64,000 nucleotides of DNA from Tubiluchus corallicola (taxonomy: Eukaryota; Animalia; Priapulida). This document shows, one piece after another, positions 50,979-60,454 of the stretch. The notes under the pieces are model-generated. The model was not told the DNA's origin. It saw only the letters and a program-made list of their open reading frames with translations, and made no database searches. Position 1 is the first letter of the stretch; each line of letters starts with the position of its first letter. The translations under genes were made by a program, and so were the position numbers. The DNA lies in contig JAQGDQ010000347.1 in assembly GCA_030141605.1 (NCBI GenBank), positions 64,759 to 128,758 of the forward strand. The letters are read 5' to 3'.

Positions 50979-53528
50979 TTAACAACATTTGGAAGAACCG
51001 CAACCCTGACAGGTTAAACACCCCTCCTGGTATACAATATTTTCAGAGCCACAACTTGCACATTTCCCTTTGGCGGCAGTACCGTCAGGAATATATTTCT
51101 TTAGTGCCCGAGCAACACCATTCTTCCACGTATTAATAGAGTCCTCTTTAAACTCAAGGCTATTCACAAGATCACATACTTTCTCGATAGGCATACCGTG
51201 ACGAATAATACCCGATATCAGCTTCGCATAATTCCAGAAAATAGGATTAAACTGATGTGAAAGTCCCTGCATAGTCGTCTTATGCCCCCATTTATTGGTA
51301 TACTCAAAATCATATTGAGAATACCCCTCACTATCCTTTCTCTTAATTATTCTCCCCCTAGATATCGACCTTGGAACAACAAAGCCCTCTTCATCATCGT
51401 CAAGACCTGTAAATATCTCATAAGGATTATCTTCGGCAAGGCCAATAAAAGCAATCCACTTCTCCTTATTGTTTTGGAAGCGCACTACATCAGCATCTAA
51501 TGCCTCAGGACGATTTACAGGAATTAAACTCTCAGACGCTTTCTCATCTTTTTTGGCAGAAAGCAAAACACCTGAACGAGAACCCTCACGATAGACAGTA
51601 ACACCCTTACAACCACTCTCCCACGCAGTAAAATACAGCTTACTAACAAGCTTCTCCTCTGCTTCGCTTGGAAGATTTATAGTAACAGAAATAGAATGAT
51701 CTACCCACTTCTGTACCACACCCTGCATTCTTATCTTTGCAACCCAGTCTACATCATTTGAAGTACCCTTGTAATAGGGAGACTCAGCAATAAGTGCATC
51801 CAGCTCTTTTTCAGTATACTCTTTTTCCGTATCGTATCCGTTAACCTCCATCCACACCTTAAACTTGTGGTGGAAAACCACATACTCCTCCCAGCTGTCC
51901 CCTACTTCATCTTTAAAATCGACCCTTACATCTTTATCGTTGGGATTCACTTTACGGCGACGCTTATACACAGGGAGAAATACCGGTTCAATCCCGGAAG
52001 TGGTTTGAGTCATAAGGCTTGTTGTCCCCGTTGGCGCAATGGTTAGCAACGCAATATTACGGCGCCCATATTCGACCATCTCCTTATAAAGCTCAGCATC
52101 TGCTTCGGCAATCCTATTGATATAAGAATTATTCTGCTCCTTGCTGGCATCATAAATGGAGAATGCCCCACGCTCCTTGGCTAAGTTTACAGAACTGCGA
52201 TATGCTTCAAGTGCAATGACCTTATGGACTTCGGATGAGAAGTCTACAGCATCATCTGAGCCGTACTGCAACCCCAGCGCCGCCAACATATCTCCCTCCG
52301 CAGTGATGCCAACACCTGTGCGACGCCCCTCCTTGGTCTTTGCCATTATCTTCTCCCACAAATTAGTCTCAACACGCTTGATATCGCTGCTCTCACCATC
52401 GGAGGTGATTTTTTCAAGAATACTCTCAATCTTCTCAAGCTCCAGATCTATTATATCATCCATTATTCTTTGAGCAAGCTGCACATGCTTACGAAACAAC
52501 TCAAAATTGAACCTTGCTCTTGAAGTAAACGGATTCTCCACATAAGAATACAGATTAATAGCAAGCAAACGGCAGCTATCATAGGGACAAAGAGGTATCT
52601 CTCCACATGGATTTGTAGATACAGTTTTATAACCCTTATCTGCATAACAGTCCGGCACCGACTCCCTAACTATTGTATCCCAAAACAGCACGCCCGGCTC
52701 AGCCGATTTCCACGCATTATGCACTATCTTTTCCCACAACTTAGTGGCATCTGTATCTCTAGTATAAGACGGAGTGATACTGTCAACAGGGTACTGCTGT
52801 GTATAAGGCTTCCCATCACGGACAGCTTTCATAAAGCTATCATCCAGCTTAACAGAAACATTCGCTCCCGTCACCTTTCCCTCTATCATCTTTGCATCAA
52901 TAAAATTTTCGGAATCGGGGTGTTTTACCGAAACAGATAGCATCAATGCACCCCTTCTCCCGTCCTGAGCAACCTCCCGGGTAGAATTTGAGTACCGCTC
53001 CATAAAAGGAACAACACCGGTTGAAGTAAGAGCTGAGTTTTTCACAGGCGAACCCTGAGGACGAATATGTGAAAGATCATGGCCCACCCCTCCACGGCGC
53101 TTCATCAGCTGCACCTGCTCCTGGTCAACCATCATAATTCCCCCGTACGAGTCAGCATTATTACCAATAACAAAACAGTTGGACAGTGACGCAATCTGAT
53201 AATCATTCCCAATACCCGTCATAGGACCACCTTGCGGAACTATGTATTTAAAATCACGAAAAAGCTCATAAAGTTCATCTTCGCTAAGTGGATTAGCATA
53301 GTTCTTCTCCACGCGAGCAATCTCACATGCAAGCCTGCGATGCATATCATCCGGGGTCAACTCAAATATATTTCCAAAAGAATCCTTTAACGCATACTTA
53401 TTTATCCAAACACGCGCCGCAAGATCATCTCCTTTAAAATACTTTACCGAGGCACTAAACGCCTCTTCCATAGAATACGACTTTCTGCTCATACTTACCC
53501 TTTGAGGTAAAATCTCTTTTAATTCCAT
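50979..53528 (-). CDS. nrdJ: Adenosylcobalamin-dependent (class II) ribonucleotide reductase
   Basis: SLSNCFV, STNPCGEIPL, IAPTGTTS, GCKGVTVYREGSR, C-terminal Cys ribbon; no nrdB adjacent. Confidence 0.9.
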   Translation of the reverse strand: MELKEILPQRVSMSRKSYSMEEAFSASVKYFKGDDLAARVWINKYALKDSFGNIFELTPDDMHRRLACEIARVEKNYANPLSEDELYELFRDFKYIVPQGGPMTGIGNDYQIASLSNCFVIGNNADSYGGIMMVDQEQVQLMKRRGGVGHDLSHIRPQGSPVKNSALTSTGVVPFMERYSNSTREVAQDGRRGALMLSVSVKHPDSENFIDAKMIEGKVTGANVSVKLDDSFMKAVRDGKPYTQQYPVDSITPSYTRDTDATKLWEKIVHNAWKSAEPGVLFWDTIVRESVPDCYADKGYKTVSTNPCGEIPLCPYDSCRLLAINLYSYVENPFTSRARFNFELFRKHVQLAQRIMDDIIDLELEKIESILEKITSDGESSDIKRVETNLWEKIMAKTKEGRRTGVGITAEGDMLAALGLQYGSDDAVDFSSEVHKVIALEAYRSSVNLAKERGAFSIYDASKEQNNSYINRIAEADAELYKEMVEYGRRNIALLTIAPTGTTSLMTQTTSGIEPVFLPVYKRRRKVNPNDKDVRVDFKDEVGDSWEEYVVFHHKFKVWMEVNGYDTEKEYTEKELDALIAESPYYKGTSNDVDWVAKIRMQGVVQKWVDHSISVTINLPSEAEEKLVSKLYFTAWESGCKGVTVYREGSRSGVLLSAKKDEKASESLIPVNRPEALDADVVRFQNNKEKWIAFIGLAEDNPYEIFTGLDDDEEGFVVPRSISRGRIIKRKDSEGYSQYDFEYTNKWGHKTTMQGLSHQFNPIFWNYAKLISGIIRHGMPIEKVCDLVNSLEFKEDSINTWKNGVARALKKYIPDGTAAKGKCASCGSENIVYQEGCLTCQGCGSSKCC

Positions 53529-53589
53529 ATTAAAACTAAAACTCTGTTAAAACAACTGACTATCAGAATAGGGTGTTAAGTTTTATTGC

Positions 53590-53929
53590 ATATATGCCGA
53601 CACAAGGTATGAAATAACTTTGTGAAAAATGAACCTTCATTGCAAGTTCTCAAAAAAAACTTTCAACTTATATAATATATGCCGAGACAAAGCATGAAAT
53701 AACTTTGTGAAAAATGAATCTTCACTACAACCTATTAAAAAAACTTTCAACTTATATAATATATGTTGACACAAAGCATGAAATAACTTTGTGGAAAATG
53801 AACCTTCATTGCAAATTATTAAAAAAAGCTTTCAACTTATATTAACATATGCCGACGCAAGATATGAAATAACTTTGTGGAAAATGAACCTTCATTGCAA
53901 ATTATTAAAAAAAGTTTCTCATTCATATA
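53590..53929. repeat. Four tandem ~85-bp repeats upstream of nrdJ
   Basis: Units start at ~53590, 53675, 53759, 53845; invariant ATGAAATAACTTTGTG(A/G)AAAATGAA core. Confidence 0.95.
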
Positions 53930-54033
53930 AGCTATATCGCATATAATAAGCAAAATAAATAATTTTTAAAAACTCTACTATTTTCAAAAATTATTTTTTT
54001 AAAATATTAATCACAAAAAAGTGATCTGCAAAA

Positions 54034-55278
54034 TCAAACATTCGAAAGATTGTGAAATATATGGCTCATCATCTTTGCTGTCGCACCTCTGTGCTCTTTA
54101 ATATATCTCCGAGTTATTTGGGAAACATCTTCAATATATTGAGGATTTTTAAGAAACCTCCCTAGAAATGACTCCATATCATTAAAATTCTTTACACAAA
54201 AAGCTGCTTCCAGATCAATTAAATCATGCGCCTCCTGGAACTTTCTGTAGTTAGGTCCAAAAGCAATGGGCATCCCAAAAGCTGCAGCTTCAAGAATATT
54301 ATGTATCCCATCTGTAAAGCCTCCTCCTATAATAGCTATCTTCCCATACCTGTAAATTGGCATGAGGTAACCGTATTCGTCAACTATAAGGACACGCGCC
54401 CGCTTCAGATCAGCATTATCTGCTATCGAAAATAGAGTATATGAAACTGACAACTGCTTACTAATCCTCTCTATAGACTTCTTGCTAATCTCATGAGGAG
54501 CAATTACAAACTTTTCCTCACCTCCGGTATTATTTATGTATTTCGTTACCATTTTATCCTCTGTTTGCCATGTGCTGCCTGCAACAATAACTTTTTTACC
54601 TTCACAAAACACCTCCATCTTTTGCAAACTGGATGAAGCATCAGTAACCTGTCCCACCCTGTCAAAACGAGTATCGCCCACAACCATGACATTATCAAAT
54701 CCTATTGACCTCAGAAGACTGAGCGACTCCATATTTTGCACATATATGTAACTAAATGCCTCCAGCGCTTTGCGGTACCACTTCCCCCACGGCTTAAAAA
54801 AAAGATTGGAAGGACGAAAAATTGCTGAAAAAAGATATGTGGGTATACCTCTGACTTTTAGCTGAGTAAGAAAATGATACCAAAACTCATACTTCACAAA
54901 AAAGACATACTTCGGCTTTACAATATCAATAAACTGTTTTGCATTAGCCAATGTATCAGCAGGAAGATAAAATGCATAATCCACATGCTCGTAATCCTTT
55001 TTCACATCGTAACCGGATGGAGAAAAAAAAGTTACAAGTATTTTCAAGTCTGGATAAAACTTCTTTATTGTATCGATAAAAACTCTTCCCTGCTCAAACT
55101 CTCCCGATGACGACGAATGTACCCAGCAAATATCATGGTCAGAGCAGATAGCTTTCTTCATCACAGAAAAAATACCCTTGCGCCCATCCAACCATCTTTT
55201 TGCCTTTTGATTTTTTAAGGCTGCCAACCTGATAAGCAAACAATAACCCCTTATAATAATATCGTAAATCAATCTCAT
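54034..55278 (-). CDS. waaA: Kdo transferase
   Basis: WVHSSSSGEFEQG, TFFSPSGY, FVKYEFW, GDTRFD, HNILEAA. Confidence 0.93.
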   Translation of the reverse strand: MRLIYDIIIRGYCLLIRLAALKNQKAKRWLDGRKGIFSVMKKAICSDHDICWVHSSSSGEFEQGRVFIDTIKKFYPDLKILVTFFSPSGYDVKKDYEHVDYAFYLPADTLANAKQFIDIVKPKYVFFVKYEFWYHFLTQLKVRGIPTYLFSAIFRPSNLFFKPWGKWYRKALEAFSYIYVQNMESLSLLRSIGFDNVMVVGDTRFDRVGQVTDASSSLQKMEVFCEGKKVIVAGSTWQTEDKMVTKYINNTGGEEKFVIAPHEISKKSIERISKQLSVSYTLFSIADNADLKRARVLIVDEYGYLMPIYRYGKIAIIGGGFTDGIHNILEAAAFGMPIAFGPNYRKFQEAHDLIDLEAAFCVKNFNDMESFLGRFLKNPQYIEDVSQITRRYIKEHRGATAKMMSHIFHNLSNV

Positions 55279-55391
55279 AATATAACGTACTAAAAAGCAT
55301 AAACTTAAGACAAGAGGCCCCTGCAAAGCTCATCCTGCTTATTAATATTTTGCCTTACGCTCTGTATCTACCACAACAGAAACACACATCA

Positions 55392-56219
55392 CTATATAAA
55401 TATATCATGCGTAACCGGTGCAATGATACCTTTCTCCGCTGCCTGCTCAAAAAGCGTATATACAGCTCTCTTCCCCTCTCTCCCCAGACTTATCGTAAAA
55501 CCATTCACATACAAGTCAATATGACTTTGCATCACTTCATCATCCATTTCCTGTGCATGCTCCCGCATAAAAGAGTAAGCTGCATGCGGATTTTTAAGAG
55601 CATACTCAACACTTCTTCTCAGCACACGATTTACTTTTTGGTGCACTTTTGCTTCAAGCTCCCTTCTTGCTACAATACCCCCCAGCGGGATAGGCATACC
55701 TGTCAGACCTTCCCAGTACACTCCCAGGTCAGTTATTTTTCTCAACCCCTTTTTGACATACGTAAACCTGCTTTCATGAATAATAAGGCCCGCATCAGCT
55801 TCTTCCGAAAGCACCGCTTCCTCTATATCTGAAAACAGGTACTCCGCCTTTTCTTTTACTTCAGGATATGCAATATTCAGCAGCAAATTAGCAGTTGTGT
55901 ACTCCCCCGGGATTGCAACCTTCAAGTCTGAAACCTCATCAGGATATATCTTATGTTTACTAACCAACAACGGCCCGTTGTTTCGCCCTAACGCGCTACC
56001 TGCATTCAACAGTATATATTTGTCCAGAACAAAAGCATAAGCGTGATAGCTAAGCTTAGTAACATCAATATCTCCTGCAAAAGCACAACGATTTAGCTCA
56101 TCAACATCAGCTACCACCGGCTCAAACTCAAACCCCTCTGTATCCACCCTACTATGAATCATTGCTTCAAAGATAAAAGTATCATTAGGGCATGTTGAGA
56201 AACCAAGCTTTAACTTCAT
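55392..56219 (-). CDS. mqnD: 1,4-dihydroxy-6-naphthoate synthase (futalosine pathway)
   Basis: STCPNDTFIF, GLIIHESRFTY, PIPLGGI, HIDLYVN. Confidence 0.93.
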   Translation of the reverse strand: MKLKLGFSTCPNDTFIFEAMIHSRVDTEGFEFEPVVADVDELNRCAFAGDIDVTKLSYHAYAFVLDKYILLNAGSALGRNNGPLLVSKHKIYPDEVSDLKVAIPGEYTTANLLLNIAYPEVKEKAEYLFSDIEEAVLSEEADAGLIIHESRFTYVKKGLRKITDLGVYWEGLTGMPIPLGGIVARRELEAKVHQKVNRVLRRSVEYALKNPHAAYSFMREHAQEMDDEVMQSHIDLYVNGFTISLGREGKRAVYTLFEQAAEKGIIAPVTHDIFI

Positions 56220-56323
56220 ATCTATTATAAGTTTTGTTTTTACTAAATATTAAATAGAGCCTACCACAACTCTATAACTACAGGCGTTTTACCAACTCCG
56301 CTTAAAAATCGCCTTACACCTCA

Positions 56324-57589
56324 CTAAACCGGATCACGCAAAATAGGGCATGTCATGCAGTGCCCACCACCACGCCCTTTACCAAGCTCTGAGCCATCTA
56401 TCGTCAACACCTTTATACCTGCTCGCTTAAACTGTAGATTTGTATATTCATTTTTCTCATAAGATATAACTATGCCGGGCTCAACAGCAATAACATTGTT
56501 AGCATCATCCCACTGCTCTCTTGCAGCCTGATACTCATCCCCCCCTGTCGGTATAATACGTAAATTTCTTATACCAACTGCATCTGAAACAGCATCAATA
56601 AAACTTCTTTCCCTGACCACAGAAAACCTGTTACCCTCCTGGCGTATAGAATAAGCCGTTATTGCATCTACCACTTTAGGGTATATAGTAATCGCATCCC
56701 TGTCAAGAAAGCTAAATACTGTGTCCAAGTGCATATGTGCTCTGTCTTTTGTCATCTGACATGCAATAACCCTTTCCACCTCTCCCCTGTCAAATAGCAT
56801 TTTAGCGATCTGCTCTATCACCACACCTGTGGTCCGCTCACCCATACCTATCAAAACGGTCTTGTTTCCAATAGGCATAACATCCCCCCCTTCCAGAGAT
56901 GAGTACCCAAAATCAGGATTACGACCCTTGCTAAACAGATTGCCATCTGTCCACAAAAATTCAAAATTGGCACTCCTAAACATAGGGTGATACCTGTAAA
57001 TAGTCGCCATGTTTATCACCTCAAGCCGGCGGGCAGAGGAGTACATAGGATTTAAAGAGACGCTATTATACACCCAACTGGAAGAATCACGGGTAAAAAG
57101 ACTGTTGGGTAAAGGCCTAAGTATAAAATCATCATCTCCGGAAGCAGATGATATAAGAGAGTGACGTACCAGCCCGTCTAAATCAACACCACACTTCTTT
57201 AGCTCCCCTTTTGTTATACCACCGATAAAATGCTCTGCTAAAACTGCTGGCTCCATCTCTACCAGAGATCCCCGTATTTCCTGCAGTGCCCCAACTCCCA
57301 CAGAATGCTCGCTTACAGCCATATTTACCGCACTCTCCCGTGCATATTTGCTCTGAAAAGAGGTAGACAACAAATCTTTAAGATAAAATACCTCAACACC
57401 ACAGCTATGTAATATATCGACAAATGCATCGTGTTGTTCCCCCGCCTTTTTCACCCAAAGTACATCATCAAAAAGTAACTCATCATGGTTTGATGGCGTT
57501 AACCTTCGCAGCTCCAGGCTAGGCCGGTGCACAATAACTTTACTCAGCTTTCCAATCTCCGAATCGACATAGAAATCTTTTGCTTGCAT
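56324..57589 (-). CDS. arcA: Arginine deiminase
   Basis: SEIGKL, LLFDD, FTRD, EGGD, MHLDT, GRGGGHCMTCP. Confidence 0.95.
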   Translation of the reverse strand: MQAKDFYVDSEIGKLSKVIVHRPSLELRRLTPSNHDELLFDDVLWVKKAGEQHDAFVDILHSCGVEVFYLKDLLSTSFQSKYARESAVNMAVSEHSVGVGALQEIRGSLVEMEPAVLAEHFIGGITKGELKKCGVDLDGLVRHSLISSASGDDDFILRPLPNSLFTRDSSSWVYNSVSLNPMYSSARRLEVINMATIYRYHPMFRSANFEFLWTDGNLFSKGRNPDFGYSSLEGGDVMPIGNKTVLIGMGERTTGVVIEQIAKMLFDRGEVERVIACQMTKDRAHMHLDTVFSFLDRDAITIYPKVVDAITAYSIRQEGNRFSVVRERSFIDAVSDAVGIRNLRIIPTGGDEYQAAREQWDDANNVIAVEPGIVISYEKNEYTNLQFKRAGIKVLTIDGSELGKGRGGGHCMTCPILRDPV

Positions 57590-57887
57590 AATAACTACTT
57601 AGTTGTCCGTTATGTTTTCACAAAACGAAAGTAGCGAAAATTGACCGGATATGTTAACATAACTTACGGAGATAAAACCAACACTATTCTGCAACATGAG
57701 CCATACCCATCAGAAATAACTGAAAAGGATAAAAAAACACGCCATACCTGTTTGCTTATTCGACCTGTAACTAAACCAGCCAGGAAAATCAAACTTTCAT
57801 TTTGAAGCCTGTCGAATAAAAATAATCCGAGAGAATAACACCATTAAGCTATCAGTTTATTATATTTCGCTGTCAAATCAAAAACAA

Positions 57888-58430
57888 ACGGGTATCGACT
57901 ACAACACTAAGACATCAAAGTATAATTGGCTTGCCATATATGTTAAAGCACGTTCCGAAAAAAAAGTATTCTCTTTACTATCCAATAACAACATTGAAGC
58001 CTACCTGCCTCTACAAAAAAAACTAAGAAAGTGGAGTGACAGAAAAAAATGGGTTGAGGTGCCGCTATTCCCCGGATACCTTTTTGTGAAGGTAAGCAAA
58101 AAAGAATATAATAGTATATTACAGATCAAACATGTAGTTTGCTATATCACATTTGAGGGCAAAGCATCCGTTGTCAGAGAAGAAAATATTATCTCTTTGA
58201 AGCGACTGTTGGAGCAACAGGAGGTTGATATAGAAATAACCTCTGAAACATTAAAAGTTGGACGCAAAGTTGAAATAACCACAGGGCCACTGATAGGAGT
58301 AAAAGGTGAACTGATTGAAGTGCGTGGAAAAAAAAACGTATGTATCCGCATTGGACCAATAGGACAAACCGTCATTCTAAATACTCCGGGAAAAAACATT
58401 GCGCTACTCCCTCCCGAAAAACTACCTTAG
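57888..58430 (+). CDS. UpxY-family (NusG paralog) antiterminator; no canonical start codon
   Basis: Frame extends upstream of ORF-track start through WLAIYVKARSEKKV...AYLPL...KWSDRKKWVEVPLFPGYLFV to an ACG at 57888; KOW ITTGPLIG. Confidence 0.8.
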   Translation, partial: TGIDYNTKTSKYNWLAIYVKARSEKKVFSLLSNNNIEAYLPLQKKLRKWSDRKKWVEVPLFPGYLFVKVSKKEYNSILQIKHVVCYITFEGKASVVREENIISLKRLLEQQEVDIEITSETLKVGRKVEITTGPLIGVKGELIEVRGKKNVCIRIGPIGQTVILNTPGKNIALLPPEKLP

Positions 58431-58439
58431 TTATATTTT

Positions 58440-58800
58440 GAAGCCTTCGCAAAACCCGTATTTCTTATTAGTGCTCTCTTCAAATCCCTCATTTACATTA
58501 GTAAATAGTCGCTCATCAAACTCCTTAAAAAGATAAACAAAGCCGACAGCGTAGGCTTTCACCAAAAGCATTTAATGACTTGACCTTTTGCCTCTTTTAC
58601 ATCAAAAGCAACTGTATAATCGCCAATACGAACTGTACGCTTTTTTTAAGCCTCCAGAGGGATTTATTTGTATCCCAGATCAAAATATGCAAATAGTAAA
58701 TTTACCTCAACAGAAATTAACTCTTAAGGGATAACCTGGATAGTGGTTTCTCATCAAACTTCTCCTTAGCCCGAAAAAACTTTCGCCATGCAAAGGTCTC
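58440..58800 (-). repeat. Nested repeats: family A pieces (58440-58525, 58745-58800) around a family B piece (58528-58612)
   Basis: GAAGCCTTCGCAAAA...TCTTCAAATCCCTCATTTACATTAGTAAA; CCTTTTGCCTCTTTTACATCAAAA; TCGCCATGCAAAGGTCTC. Confidence 0.6.
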
Positions 58801-58829
58801 TCATTATCTAAAACCAGCAGCTGACTTTA

Positions 58830-59849
58830 TCAAGTACGGCCTTTTGTTGACAACAATCCACAGGCTGCAGATATATCTTTCCCTCGTGAAGTGCGTATGG
58901 TTGTCGTTATTCCTTTACTACTAATAAGATCTTTAAACCTAAAAATAGCGCTATTATCTGAACTTTTCATGGGGAAACCGGGCGTAGGGTGAAAACGAAT
59001 AAGATTGACTCGGCACCTTATGCCACGTAGCATACGTACCAGCTCCATAGCATGTTTGTGGGTATCGTTGAACCCCTCAAACATTATGTACTCAAACGAA
59101 ACTCTGCGCTGCCTCCCAAAGCTATGCTCCCGCAAAAGATCTATGACCTCTTTAATGGGGTACGCCGCCTGTCCAGGCACCAGCCTTTTACGCTCTTCTT
59201 CAAACGGCGTATGTAAACTGATTGCAAGATGGCAGCTTGATGACCTCAGAAACTCCTTTATCCCGGGATTAACCCCAATACTTGATACAGTAATTCGCTT
59301 GGGACTCAAAGCAAAACCATAGCTGGAAGTTAATATCTCAAGGCTCTTCATCACGTTATCAAGATTGTCGAATGGCTCCCCCATCCCCATGTATACAATA
59401 TTGGTAATCTCACTGTGCTCATCAATACTCTTCACCTGATTAATAATTTCACCAGGTGATAACTGTCCCTGAAAACCCTGTTCTCCGGTCATACAAAAAC
59501 GACACCCCATTTTACACCCAATCTGTGATGAAACACATACAGTCTTTCGCTCCGCATCCGGGATCATCGCCGTCTCAATAAACTTCCCACTATTGGTAGT
59601 AAAAAGATACTTTTTCGTTCCATCAATGCTGGATTGAACCTGCGTAGGGCTGGTAAGCCCAAAACTATAACGATTCTTCAACCTCTCTCTACCCCGCTTT
59701 GATATATCAGACATATCGTCAATAGATGACACGTCTCTCTTATAGAGCCAGGCTGCTATTTGCCTTGCCGCAAATTGTGGTAGCTCCACACTCTCAACAA
59801 CCTCATACAACTCCTGCAATGTTTTCCCCAGTAGGCTCTCCTTTTTCAT
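58830..59849 (-). CDS. rlmN: 23S rRNA/tRNA C2-methyltransferase RlmN
   Basis: CVSSQIGCKMGCRFC, MGMGEP, DISAACGLL. Confidence 0.96.
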   Translation of the reverse strand: MKKESLLGKTLQELYEVVESVELPQFAARQIAAWLYKRDVSSIDDMSDISKRGRERLKNRYSFGLTSPTQVQSSIDGTKKYLFTTNSGKFIETAMIPDAERKTVCVSSQIGCKMGCRFCMTGEQGFQGQLSPGEIINQVKSIDEHSEITNIVYMGMGEPFDNLDNVMKSLEILTSSYGFALSPKRITVSSIGVNPGIKEFLRSSSCHLAISLHTPFEEERKRLVPGQAAYPIKEVIDLLREHSFGRQRRVSFEYIMFEGFNDTHKHAMELVRMLRGIRCRVNLIRFHPTPGFPMKSSDNSAIFRFKDLISSKGITTTIRTSRGKDISAACGLLSTKGRT

Positions 59850-60008
59850 AGCCTGTATGTTAAAGATATAACTGATAACACAAAAACCTCTCCTTTTCAA
59901 TAAATTATCACGCTACAACTCCAATCTATAATTAAAAACCGAAGAGCAAAGGTAGTCAATTTAATCGCGGTAGCAGCTACGCAATTTCACCGGCCTAATA
60001 TTAAAATA

Positions 60009-60138
60009 GAACCCCTTGCAAAACTCATATTGTATTATTAAGTTTTCATCAAAACTCTTACTTACATCAATAACCTATAGTCTCTTCTCCAAGTTTTCCT
60101 CAGTCCAAACCCAAAACAGCTCGCCTTGCAAAGGCCTC
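60009..60138 (-). repeat. MITE-like repeat family A, inverted copy
   Basis: GAACCCCTTGCAAAACTCAT ... TCGCCTTGCAAAGGCCTC. Confidence 0.75.
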
Positions 60139-60155
60139 AAATAATACTATCTTCG
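60125..60155 (+). promoter_or_regulatory. Candidate promoter for yidD-znuACB
   Basis: CTTG-N19-TATCTTCG. Confidence 0.5.
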
Positions 60156-60172
60156 TACTGGATATAATAGTT

Positions 60173-60433
60173 TTGGCTGTGATCAAATGTTTTAGAAAGA
60201 TATTGATTCAAATGTTAAAACTACCTGTTCTACTTTACAGGTATGCCATATCACCTATAAAACCAGCTTCATGTAGGCATTTGCCTACCTGTTCGCGGTA
60301 TGCAATTGAGGCATTGGAAACTCATGGCCCGCTGAAAGGAAGTTGGCTGACTATCAGGCGAATCCTGAAGTGCCATCCTTGGGGAACACACGGATATGAT
60401 CCCGTCCCTCCTGTGGTAAACAAGAGAAAATAA
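60173..60433 (+). CDS. yidD: Membrane protein insertion efficiency factor
   Basis: [33 protein letters not shown]. Confidence 0.93.
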   Translation: MAVIKCFRKILIQMLKLPVLLYRYAISPIKPASCRHLPTCSRYAIEALETHGPLKGSWLTIRRILKCHPWGTHGYDPVPPVVNKRK

Positions 60434-60454
60434 TAATCAATAATAACATGTATA

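Noticed and set aside
53530-53600. Cobalamin riboswitch or NrdR boxes before nrdJ
   Set aside because: No recognisable B12-box or NrdR consensus seen.
53590-53929. CRISPR array
   Set aside because: Units are similar along their whole length with no unique spacers, and no cas genes are nearby.
53590-54030. Replication origin (DnaA boxes plus AT-rich tract)
   Set aside because: Strand composition looks the same on both sides and no dnaA/mnmG-type neighbours are present; not excluded, but unsupported.
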